Made by a program: the position numbers and the translations under genes. A stretch of DNA of 32,152 nt from Candidatus Thorarchaeota archaeon (GTDB lineage: Archaea > Asgardarchaeota > Thorarchaeia > Thorarchaeales > Thorarchaeaceae), in NCBI GenBank assembly GCA_048882325.1, contig JBHLRS010000033.1, positions 1-32,152 of the forward strand, given 5' to 3'. Shown piece by piece: positions 1 to 8,511 of the stretch (position 1 is its first letter; each line of letters opens with the position of its first letter). Below the pieces are notes generated by a model that made no database searches, had not been told where the DNA came from, and saw nothing but the letters and a program-made list of their open reading frames with translations.

Positions 1-71
1 GTTGTCAAGAAGAGTTCATTGTAGTAGCGAAGTAGTATCTCCATCCTCTAGTCTTACCTAATCGCCACTTC
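1..71 (+). repeat. Intergenic repeat copy 1 (subtype A, cut by the window edge)
   Basis: gttgtcaagaagagt...tgtagta...gtatctccatcctctagtcttacctaatcgcc closely matches copy 3 (4194-4256), including the right-hand extension. Confidence 0.9.
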
Positions 72-400
72 TATTTCTTTCACCAATAATCAAACAGGAA
101 TTGTAAACCAGGACCGAACAGAAAAAAAAACAGATTGAAAGGGAAAAGACAACCCTCTCAGGATTGCCCCTCAATACAGAAAGGCACTACTCACTAGTTG
201 ATGAGTTCGTTACCATAAGCAGCCTCACGGAAGTTGAATATGATGGATTCGACCTCCATAAAAAGAACAGTTTCGCAAGTATGGATTTCTTTATGGACGT
301 ATGCACTTCTTCAATGGTCTTATAATTCATTTTGTAAAATTCCTTTTGGGACCAACCTCAATCAGAGACTGGAACCAAAAGAAAGCTAAGGAGTGAGGAG

Positions 401-871
401 ATGAACGAAGAACACAAGAAGCCAAGTAGATTACAAGCACACCGAAATGCACTTCTACTTAGCCTTGCATTTGCATCATTCTTTGTAGGCGTGGCATATC
501 TCCCTGTCGCAGACGCATACTTGCATCAAGGGGGACCGCACGATTACAATGAAGATGTAGATATAATCTATACAGACTGGTCTCATCCTGGATGGATTGA
601 GATCACAACAACAGCATATAGTAATGGCCAAAAACTTGATGCTATCGAATACTCGACAGATTATGGTGGTACTACCTCGACATACACAATTGCTAAGACT
701 GATTCAGGCACAACAACCCTCAATGACTACGAGAGAATCGCCTGGGCAGAATTCACATGTCGTGAATGGTGGTGGATTTTTGTTATCCGTGAAGAAACAC
801 CAATCTTGAACACACATGTTGAGTATCTTGGCGGTGGAGGATTCGATTTCACTGATTACTATTATGACTAG
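401..871 (+). CDS. Hypothetical secreted or membrane-anchored protein
   Basis: 156-aa ORF; RBS-like ggagtgagg just upstream; N-terminal hydrophobic segment followed by a T/Y-rich domain. Confidence 0.75.
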   Translation: MNEEHKKPSRLQAHRNALLLSLAFASFFVGVAYLPVADAYLHQGGPHDYNEDVDIIYTDWSHPGWIEITTTAYSNGQKLDAIEYSTDYGGTTSTYTIAKTDSGTTTLNDYERIAWAEFTCREWWWIFVIREETPILNTHVEYLGGGGFDFTDYYYD

Positions 872-903
872 AATCTTGAACGAGTGTTCAGGAGCAGGAG
901 CAA

Positions 904-1899
904 GTGAGAAGTGAAAATCTGTATGGGCAAGTATCCCCTTATCCATTGAATCCATTTTTTCAACTGTACGGAAGATATACTGGACTTTCCGTATTCCTTT
1001 GTTTAATGATCCTCTTACAGGGATTACTCCCTTGTTCAAACGCTCTAGAGCTTCACTCAACTTTAATAGAGGATCTCCAACCTGGAGTCTTTCTAGAGTA
1101 CGTCCTGAACACTCACATCATTGTACTTTGGAACTATACATTAGAAGATTATGATATCATAACTCATCCAGGAGAGGTGCTCTACGATGATGGAAGTGTG
1201 GTGCAAGGAAGTAATGAGATTCGTATCCAAGTGAGTTTCCTCCAAGTTCTTGATTCTGATTTATTGTCAATATCAATTGAATATGATGCAAATACTTCAA
1301 CAGGGTACTTCGCTAATCACTCGGTCTTTCTTACCTACTCGGCAGAAGCTGGAACATGTCAAATCGAAAGTGGGAATCTATCAAACAGAACTGGAACGCT
1401 CCGACTCCATTTGGACGAGAAACCAGAATATCTCACAATCTCTCAGTTCTTCAATCTTGTCATCGTAGGAGAGATTGTGGACTACAACTATCAAGAAGTC
1501 GTTATGGGACAACAGCAAGAATGTATCCAATATTACTGTAGCACATCCCACGTTGTTGATGGTTTGGTCACTCATCACAGGAGTTACGATAAAGACAATC
1601 ACATTCTAGTGAGAGCCTCTGGAGGGATTTCTGACCATGTTCTTCTTGGTCTGGGCAACATATCCTACGTTGTTGGTGATCTCACATTGGCTGATACGAA
1701 TTTCAATCTTGGTGATCCAGTCCGACTTCCAGTATCAGACATCCCAGCCATCGCGGGCGTTGGAGCTCTAGTGGTCTTCTTTGTTCTGTATGTCAGCATA
1801 TATCGAGCTCAAAGGTCCAAGAAGAATTTGAGAAGATACTCAAATCGAAAGAAAGGCAAACCAAAAAGATGCTGTTTGATATTCAACGGAGTGAACTAG
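904..1899 (+). CDS. Hypothetical single-pass cell-surface protein (start uncertain)
   Basis: 331-aa ORF; signal-like hydrophobic stretch near the N-terminus, several N-x-S/T sequons, C-terminal TM helix and K/R-rich tail. Confidence 0.8.
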   Translation: MRSENLYGQVSPYPLNPFFQLYGRYTGLSVFLCLMILLQGLLPCSNALELHSTLIEDLQPGVFLEYVLNTHIIVLWNYTLEDYDIITHPGEVLYDDGSVVQGSNEIRIQVSFLQVLDSDLLSISIEYDANTSTGYFANHSVFLTYSAEAGTCQIESGNLSNRTGTLRLHLDEKPEYLTISQFFNLVIVGEIVDYNYQEVVMGQQQECIQYYCSTSHVVDGLVTHHRSYDKDNHILVRASGGISDHVLLGLGNISYVVGDLTLADTNFNLGDPVRLPVSDIPAIAGVGALVVFFVLYVSIYRAQRSKKNLRRYSNRKKGKPKRCCLIFNGVN

Positions 1900-1901
1900 T
1901 C

Positions 1902-2345
1902 ATGGAGATATGGTCAACACAACGTATCGTCACTCTTCTCACCATCTGGGCTGTTGTTATTCCGTTCAAGATCAATGTGTACCTTCCAAGACTAGATTAT
2001 TCAATCATGTATGCTGGACTGTGGTCATATCTCCCTCGAGGCAATCCATTCTCTGATTCACCATTTATTGTTTCATTGTATTTTACGGCATCTTTATTGC
2101 CTTTCTATGCTCCTGGTCTGGCTGTTGCATGGTATGTATGGAAGTGGTCGAGAGATGAGAATATGACAAGAGGAAGATACTTTGAGAGACTTCTATTGAT
2201 AGTCATTCTTCAAACCATTTTAGCTATGATAATCCCATGTCCTATGGATGTATCATTATGTGTTCCCACACCAACAACCGGTCTTATCGCTCTACTATTT
2301 TCTCATAGAATTGTCATAAAAATAGAAGAACCTTGGACAGAATGA
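1902..2345 (+). CDS. Hypothetical multi-pass membrane protein, probable distant paralog of 17588-18169
   Basis: In-frame ATG at 1902 directly after the upstream stop at 1899; about 4 hydrophobic segments; ends with P-x-P...PW. Confidence 0.75.
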   Translation: MEIWSTQRIVTLLTIWAVVIPFKINVYLPRLDYSIMYAGLWSYLPRGNPFSDSPFIVSLYFTASLLPFYAPGLAVAWYVWKWSRDENMTRGRYFERLLLIVILQTILAMIIPCPMDVSLCVPTPTTGLIALLFSHRIVIKIEEPWTE

Positions 2346-2503
2346 ATACATTCAACTGGCTGCTGTCGAACATTGCTGTTCATTTGATCACACCTTATTC
2401 AGGTACAGTGATGAACAGCCTGAATTCGAACAAGAGGGATTCACCCCTGTATTCGTACAGTACAACCCAACTTTGAGACTATTTACCAAACTCGAATAAC
2501 AGG

Positions 2504-2630
2504 AGCTCCGGCGAGGTATTCAGCTCACCGCTACTAATGTCCGAGGCGTGCAGATCAAAAGTGTGCTTCGCACAGTACCTAGAGTTGTCTAGGAGCGTAT
2601 TGTAGTAATCAAGTATCTCCATCCTTTGTT
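2504..2630 (+). repeat. Intergenic repeat copy 2 (long form, subtype B)
   Basis: 2504-2595 is identical to 5425-5516 (92 bp); contains three hairpins; ends ctccatcctttgtt followed by a T-rich tract. Confidence 0.95.
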
Positions 2631-2737
2631 AGTTATTTTTCCTTCTTCATCTATCCTTTCTTTAATTTCTAATCTCGCTGATATCAAGAAACATTATTAT
2701 CCCGCTTCTCTAAATCAGCCAAATTGGAGCAGGGAGC

Positions 2738-4084
2738 ATGAGTATTAAACTCGAATACACAACGAGAAGAACAGGGAAGTGGTTTAGGGATTACGAAAAA
2801 GACGTAGAACGCATTGACCTTAGACAGAATGATATTGATAATATTGACCTAACTCCACTCAAGTCATGTACCAATCTTCGAGAGTTATTTTTGAGTGAGA
2901 ACTATCTACAGAGTATTGACCTCACTCCGCTCAGTTCTTGTATCAATTTTTGCAATCTCCATCTAGATAGTAACCAGCTCCAAAGCATAGACCTCATTCC
3001 TTTAAGCTCTTGTGCTAATCTACAGCAGCTCATCCTGTCGAAAAACAAACTGAAGTCTATTGACCTTACTCCCCTAACTTCTTGTGCGGGAATCTTGCTT
3101 TTATATATCGATGAAAATCAGCTCCAGAGAATTGATCTTAGTCCATTAGGTTCCTGCGATAATCTTCTGAGGTTATATTTGAATGACAATCTGCTTCAAT
3201 ACATTGATCTAACCCAACTCAGCTCCTTGAAGAATATCGAAGATATCAATTTAGGGAATAACCCCCTTCAGAGTTTGGATCTAACTCCAGTCTGTGATTT
3301 ACCAAAACTCTCTAGGGTTCAAATCTATAGCCATTATACGCATGATGGGAAGACTGTTGATGTAACGCCACTCTATCAAAGATATATTGGATACTGGGGA
3401 GGGGAATATGAGCTATCTTCTTGGCTTGATGTCTCCTGGAAGGATACTCCTGTCGTCTATTCTCCCCCAACTCATCTCTACCCGTGGTCATTTATCCATG
3501 GTTTATCCAACATGGTCTATCCATTCAAAAATTATCGAGTTCAATATGATTGCCGTATCGCACTTGGTCTGAAAGATTACGGATTCATCGATTACGACTT
3601 CACCGAGGCGTTCAAATCGATACCACCAGAAACTGCCACTGAAGATGCACGGGAGATCTTGACCAAGACCCTCGTGACAGAGATTGTTGCAGCAGTGAAT
3701 AGTGGTGGTTCAACCACTGGTCTAAATGTTGAGATATTATCCGGCAAACACAGTGAAATAGCAACATTAGCCCCGAAGATCATTGAATTAAGAGCAAAGG
3801 AGATAGAGAGACTCACCATTCCAAAGCGTGGGAATGAGTTTGATTTGCGGGAGCTCTGGGTCACTGCATATGGTCACCAGATTTTGAGTTCAATTCCAAA
3901 GCAACCTGAATCACTTAGTATCAGCAAGATTAAACCCGTCAAAAAAGCTCTTTCTAAGTTGGGTCTTGAGTTGAAGATTGGAGATTCACCAGTATCTGGT
4001 GTATCAATGAGTAAAGAACTGAAAGAGTGTATCTGGTGGATTGTAGAGAACAAGGGTGAATATTGGGCTTATGGTGTGAGTTAA
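2738..4084 (+). CDS. Leucine-rich repeat protein (22-aa internalin-like LRRs plus C-terminal domain)
   Basis: About 7-8 repeats of LxxLxLxxNxLxSIDLxPLxSC with a 66-nt period visible in the DNA; RBS-like ggagcagggag. Confidence 0.92.
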   Translation: MSIKLEYTTRRTGKWFRDYEKDVERIDLRQNDIDNIDLTPLKSCTNLRELFLSENYLQSIDLTPLSSCINFCNLHLDSNQLQSIDLIPLSSCANLQQLILSKNKLKSIDLTPLTSCAGILLLYIDENQLQRIDLSPLGSCDNLLRLYLNDNLLQYIDLTQLSSLKNIEDINLGNNPLQSLDLTPVCDLPKLSRVQIYSHYTHDGKTVDVTPLYQRYIGYWGGEYELSSWLDVSWKDTPVVYSPPTHLYPWSFIHGLSNMVYPFKNYRVQYDCRIALGLKDYGFIDYDFTEAFKSIPPETATEDAREILTKTLVTEIVAAVNSGGSTTGLNVEILSGKHSEIATLAPKIIELRAKEIERLTIPKRGNEFDLRELWVTAYGHQILSSIPKQPESLSISKIKPVKKALSKLGLELKIGDSPVSGVSMSKELKECIWWIVENKGEYWAYGVS

Positions 4085-4139
4085 TCCGGAACTGTACTCC
4101 GCTCAACCTGAAATGCGGTCACTACAACAGCTGGCCAGA

Positions 4140-4256
4140 GCTACTAATGTCCGAGGCGTGCAGATCCAAAGCGTGCTTCGCACAGTACCTAGGGTTGTCA
4201 AGAAGAGTCTGCTGTAGTAATGAAGTATCTCCATCCTCTGGTCTTACCTAGTCGCC
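4140..4256 (+). repeat. Intergenic repeat copy 3 (subtype A)
   Basis: gctactaatgtccgaggcgtgcagatc..gtgcttcgcacagtacctag shared with copies 2 and 4; right part shared with copy 1. Confidence 0.95.
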
Positions 4257-4268
4257 TTTTCTTTCCAT

Positions 4269-5249
4269 CTAAATTGAATGAATCTCGACACGTTGTCTTC
4301 CTGTTTCTCCACCATTGTGACCCCATGGTCCCCATGAGATCTTGGCCATGTCTTCCAGTCTTGAAGCATCAGCCACAACATTTAGTGTGTCCCATTTCTC
4401 AATGGGGCCCAGGTCCAATTCTTGAAGGCTTGGGTGACCGAGGAGTGGTGTGACATCAATACATTTCACATTGAGGGGTCTGATATGAAGACTCTTCAGA
4501 CTTGTACAGTTTCGAAGGGGTTCTAGGTCAAGGTCGAATTGGATGTCATCATCGGTTAAGGAGGTTCTATGGAATCCTATATACTCCAGACTCTCATTGG
4601 TCGGAAAATTTATTGATCTGTATGGTCTGGAGTTGCCAAGATTTATATCTTTCAGGGAGGCACATCCTGAGAGTGGACTGAGGTCAAGGTCATTGAAATG
4701 ACCCCAGAGGGTAATTTCTTCTAGATTCTGGAGTTTCGAGACTGGTGTGAGGTCAGGATCAAAACTATAATCGCGATAGGGAGGATTCTCGTTCCAATCA
4801 AGATTGAGATACGTCAGCTTTGAAAGATATTCTATTCCCCCGAGGTCGATTTTTTGTGAGCATTCATCTTCATACATGATTCTGAATTCTACCAAATGGT
4901 CCTTGAGCGACTTAAAACTCTCAAGGGATGGTAACGACTCATAATTCGGACTATAGGCAGGTCTGAGCGTGAGTTCACATAGATTTTCAACCTCAACTAA
5001 AAGAGAGAAGTCTAACTCTGGTCCGAACTTACCACTGATTTCAATGTGTTCGACGCCAGGCTCATTCTCATGTGCGAGGTAATGTTTGATGTCGCCTGTG
5101 TCAAGCTCCCAATTGAATGGAAGTAGAATACGATATCTTTCCGCCTCCTCTTTTTCCTCCTCTGAGTACTGAAACTCTCTTCCTCTCTTCTTTATTGAGC
5201 CTGTCTTTCTGAACTGCACTCTCATGCGCCTACCTGTTTTCATTCTCAT
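4269..5249 (-). CDS. Divergent leucine-rich repeat protein
   Basis: 326 aa with repeated DLxPLxxCxSLKxxxL-like units (DLSPLSGCASLKDINL, DLEPLRNCTSLKSLHI). Confidence 0.85.
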   Translation of the reverse strand: MRMKTGRRMRVQFRKTGSIKKRGREFQYSEEEKEEAERYRILLPFNWELDTGDIKHYLAHENEPGVEHIEISGKFGPELDFSLLVEVENLCELTLRPAYSPNYESLPSLESFKSLKDHLVEFRIMYEDECSQKIDLGGIEYLSKLTYLNLDWNENPPYRDYSFDPDLTPVSKLQNLEEITLWGHFNDLDLSPLSGCASLKDINLGNSRPYRSINFPTNESLEYIGFHRTSLTDDDIQFDLDLEPLRNCTSLKSLHIRPLNVKCIDVTPLLGHPSLQELDLGPIEKWDTLNVVADASRLEDMAKISWGPWGHNGGETGRQRVEIHSI

Positions 5250-5424
5250 TTCTAATTCTTTTAAGATTAGTCAACGCTGAGTAAAATATGGGTTTCTTCA
5301 TGGTAACTTTCAGATTATTTCTCCAGTAGGCTTTCCAAACCAGTTTGCTTCTGGTTCCCATTCTCCTTGCGGAACAAAGCCTCTCTCACCTCTGCGCATT
5401 TGACAGTGTGCCTTCAGAGCACCA

Positions 5425-5547
5425 AGCTCCGGCGAGGTATTCAGCTCACCGCTACTAATGTCCGAGGCGTGCAGATCAAAAGTGTGCTTCGCACAGTACC
5501 TAGAGTTGTCTAGGAGTGTATTGTAGAAACATGACCTCCATCCTTTG
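5425..5547 (+). repeat. Intergenic repeat copy 4 (long form, subtype B)
   Basis: 92 bp identical to copy 2, then tgtattgtag-aaacatgac-ctccatcctttg. Confidence 0.95.
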
Positions 5548-5638
5548 ATGTCTTTTTATTTTCTACCAGTAGTATCATCTTTTATGTTAGGACGTTTTCT
5601 ACGTCTATCCTTCAAAGCTAGATTAAGGAGGATTCTCA

Positions 5639-6451
5639 TTGGCTAAGGAAATCCCATTGCATGAAAAACAAGTAGTGTTCAAGCATCCGGGTAAAGACAA
5701 CTTCGATACCAAGCTTGATTTGACATATCGGCAAACCAAGGACGGTCCTCTCAAGATGGACGTATACATTCCTGGTAAACTCTCGGAAGGAGAACGTGTC
5801 CCTGGGGTCTTATTCATCCATGGCGGTCCACTCCCCTCCGAATTTCGACCTCAGCTGAAGAATTGGGGACAATACATTTCTTTTGGTAAATTGATAGCCA
5901 ACTCTGGTCTGGTTGGTTTTACATTCAATCACCGTTATCACGAATATTCTCAACTCGAACAGTCCTCTAGAGACATTGGTGCTGCTATTCAATACGCGCG
6001 TGAAAATGCATCTTCGTTCAAGCTTGACCCAGATCAGATTTGCCTCTGGGCAATTTCCGGAGGCGGCCCGCAGCTGAGTTTAATCCTTCATGAATTTGCT
6101 AGTTCTATTCAATGCATTGTTGCATATTACACCATCCTTGATTTGCGCCATATTCAGGAAGCAGTTAATGTGTTAAGTTCCGAGGTATTAGAAAAGACTG
6201 CATTGGAAACACATCTCCGATTAAGGCATTTTGAGGATATTCCCATTTTCATTGCCCGTTCTGGCTTGGACGACCCCAAGCTCAACAAGACAATCGATTG
6301 CTTTGTAAAGGAGGCTACAAAGTCAAACATCCAACTTGATTTTGTCAACCATGCACATGGACATCATGCATTCGATGTGCTCGATGACAATATTCGATCT
6401 CGAGAGATTATAGTTTCTACAATCCGTTTCATCAAATCCAGTTTCCAATAA
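5639..6451 (+). CDS. Alpha/beta hydrolase (esterase/lipase-like)
   Basis: DVYIP..PGVLFIHGG oxyanion motif, nucleophile elbow WAISGGG, C-terminal HAFD histidine; aggagg RBS before a TTG start. Confidence 0.88.
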   Translation: MAKEIPLHEKQVVFKHPGKDNFDTKLDLTYRQTKDGPLKMDVYIPGKLSEGERVPGVLFIHGGPLPSEFRPQLKNWGQYISFGKLIANSGLVGFTFNHRYHEYSQLEQSSRDIGAAIQYARENASSFKLDPDQICLWAISGGGPQLSLILHEFASSIQCIVAYYTILDLRHIQEAVNVLSSEVLEKTALETHLRLRHFEDIPIFIARSGLDDPKLNKTIDCFVKEATKSNIQLDFVNHAHGHHAFDVLDDNIRSREIIVSTIRFIKSSFQ

Positions 6452-6504
6452 CCGCATTGTGTTCGTTACACAAGACACCCGAAACGAAACAACGACTCGT
6501 GTAT

Positions 6505-6565
6505 TACCTAGAGTTGTTCAAGGAACTGTTGTGTTGTAGGAACGATACCTCCATTCTTTGTTGTT
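6505..6565 (+). repeat. Intergenic repeat copy 5 (left-truncated, diverged)
   Basis: tacctagagttgttcaagga...ttgtag-gaacgatac-ctccattctttgttgtt followed by a T-tract. Confidence 0.85.
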
Positions 6566-6619
6566 TATTTTTTTTTGGTTAAATCATCTCCGAGAAAATT
6601 CAGTATGCTTGAAGCTGAA

Positions 6620-7333
6620 TCAACCAATTGTGACATCCCAAACCACAGAATCAAGGAACTCTCCATCACTTACTGAAACATTCAAATCATAAGATCCTGT
6701 TTGGAATTGAGCTGCAAAAAGAATGAAGCTCGTTGTATTATAATCCGCAAGTATATTGTTTAATTTCCATGATATTGCTAATGTATCATTATCCAAATCA
6801 ATAACAGTGATATTGAATACCTGAAAAGTTCCAGTTGACAGTTGGACTGCATGAGTTGGATAATACTCGGTGATCTCTGGAGGATGATTCTGGATTCCTT
6901 GGTTATCATTGAGTGTAGGTAGAATAATGAAACCAATGAAAAGAACAGAGATTGTGGTTAGGCCCAGAAAACCTAGTGCTCTCCCTCTGGATTTTAAGAA
7001 ATATCCTCTTCCCCTTCTCCAAAACCCCTGCGTTTTGTCTTTCTGCGAAGCTGAGAATCCCCTTCCTTTGTCCGACACCATTTTACCGTAGCCTTTTGAT
7101 CTCGCTCTAGATTTTGAGAAGCGACCTCTTCCTCTTCTCCAAAACCCCTGCGTTTTGTCTTTCTGCGAAGCTGAGAATCCCCTTCCTTTATCTGACATTC
7201 CTTTACCGTAGCCTTTTGATCTCGTTCTAGATTTTGAGAAGAAACCTTTGATTCTTCCACCAATTTTCTTTAGAAAACTTGAAAGTCCACCCATTGCTTT
7301 TCTAACCTCTCTATCATGATAAATCAAATTCAT
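6620..7333 (-). CDS. Single-pass membrane protein with basic 40-aa tandem repeats and a C-terminal Ig/PKD-like domain
   Basis: N-terminal K/R/G/S-rich repeats, one TM helix (FLGLTTISVLFIGFIILP), then NHPPEI...DLDNDTL.ISW...YDLNVSVSDG, typical of Ig/cadherin-like folds. Confidence 0.82.
   Translation of the reverse strand: MNLIYHDREVRKAMGGLSSFLKKIGGRIKGFFSKSRTRSKGYGKGMSDKGRGFSASQKDKTQGFWRRGRGRFSKSRARSKGYGKMVSDKGRGFSASQKDKTQGFWRRGRGYFLKSRGRALGFLGLTTISVLFIGFIILPTLNDNQGIQNHPPEITEYYPTHAVQLSTGTFQVFNITVIDLDNDTLAISWKLNNILADYNTTSFILFAAQFQTGSYDLNVSVSDGEFLDSVVWDVTIG
6981..7247. repeat. Intragenic 120-bp tandem repeat, about 2.2 copies
   Basis: Sequence from 7021 recurs at 7141, and from 7081 at 7201, with few substitutions. 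Confidence 0.95.
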
Positions 7334-7387
7334 TCAGAAATGACCGACAGCTTGCATGAAACTTACAGAGTGGCCAATCAACATATT

Positions 7388-7463
7388 AAAAGTGCGCTTC
7401 GCATAGTACTTAGAGTTGCTCAAGGATATTGTAGTAAAACAAGTATCTCCATCCTTTGTTGTT
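7388..7463 (+). repeat. Intergenic repeat copy 6 (left-truncated)
   Basis: aaaagtgcgcttcgcatagtacttagagttgctcaagga.attgtag-taaaacaagtat-ctccatcctttgttgtt. Confidence 0.92.
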
Positions 7464-7551
7464 GATTCTTATTGTTTCTCCTGTAGTGCGGATGATTTTT
7501 CCGTCTAATTAGCATATATTGATTGACCCAATTGAAACTGAGAATTAGAAG

Positions 7552-8388
7552 ATGCCTCAGAGAGTCTTGTTATTCCGGAATTTGATAGACAACATACCAA
7601 AAAACATAGGACTCTATTCAGTGGGAGTCATGCTTCTTCTTCTACTTCGAATCTCAATCAACCTATTATCAATGCTGTTAGGGTTACTCGCTTTCTTGGT
7701 TTCCTACTCCTCGATTTATGTACTAAACGATCTATATGATGCTGAAGACGACAAGAAAGACGAACGGAAAGTCCCAAGAAAACCCTTAGCGCAGGGAGTC
7801 GTCAATAGGAACGAAACTAAGGCGATTTTCGTATCGTTTTTGATACCAGGTCTTCTGCTCTCTATTCTTCTGAATCCATTGTTCTTCTTTGTAGTTTGTC
7901 TACTAGTTTTTATCAACCTGATTTACTCCCTTCCGTTGGTAGGAACTAAGAACCGGAGCTCAGAAGAGATAGGCTCCCAAAGTCTGAAGCACACAATTGT
8001 TGGACTGCCTTTGGTTTTCCTGATGCAATTCCTGAAGATACTCCTTCCTTGGACCACCATCCCTGAAATACTGCATTTTCCTGCTCTTTTTGCTATCGGA
8101 TTTTCTGTTGTCTATATCATACTATTCAGAGGCTACAAAGAATATCTGACCATTGGTGAATCTATCGTAAAAGCTCCGTTCCTTTTCTGTGCCTCAATTA
8201 TGATCTTCATTATATCAATGAGCATGTATCCTGAACCATTCCTTCAAGCTTCAATGGTGACCTTCATTCTTGTGGGAATCATATTTTTCCGAAACTCACA
8301 TCTAACTGATAGGAGGGTCTTGCTAGTAAGCCCATGGTATATTCTTCTAGGCATCATCTTCCTTGTCTTCTTGATATCGAACATATAG
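7552..8388 (+). CDS. UbiA prenyltransferase family protein
   Basis: Asp-rich motif NDLYDAEDD followed by RKP; multiple TM helices. Confidence 0.85.
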   Translation: MPQRVLLFRNLIDNIPKNIGLYSVGVMLLLLLRISINLLSMLLGLLAFLVSYSSIYVLNDLYDAEDDKKDERKVPRKPLAQGVVNRNETKAIFVSFLIPGLLLSILLNPLFFFVVCLLVFINLIYSLPLVGTKNRSSEEIGSQSLKHTIVGLPLVFLMQFLKILLPWTTIPEILHFPALFAIGFSVVYIILFRGYKEYLTIGESIVKAPFLFCASIMIFIISMSMYPEPFLQASMVTFILVGIIFFRNSHLTDRRVLLVSPWYILLGIIFLVFLISNI

Positions 8389-8511
8389 AGATTGTACACT
8401 CATAGAACAATAGACTCACTATGACCACAATATTGGGAATCTATGGCTGCAACAATAACTCAATATGAATTTGCGTCATTATTTATTTTCGTAGGGGCGT
8501 GAATTTGATAA

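Noticed and set aside
2481-2622. Minus-strand short ORF starting in the repeat (MEILDYYNTLLDNSRYCAKH...)
   Set aside because: The ATGGAG start recurs in most copies, but spacer indels shift the frame: copy 3 reads differently and copy 4 stops after 13 codons. Coding is not conserved.
2504-2630. Repeat as tRNA, 5S rRNA, group II intron domain V, or hammerhead/HDV ribozyme
   Set aside because: Only short chance resemblances; no T-loop cloverleaf, AGC-triad stem or CUGANGA/GAAA core. An Rfam search is still needed for a firm exclusion.
5310-5424. Protein-like minus-strand frame (…MRRGERGFVPQGEWEPEANWFGKPTGEII*) abutting copy 4
   Set aside because: Could be a truncated gene remnant, but it is too short and has no recognisable homology.
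6994-7263. Alternative-frame 89-aa repeat ORF
   Set aside because: A by-product of the 120-bp tandem repeat inside the longer, well-formed CDS.
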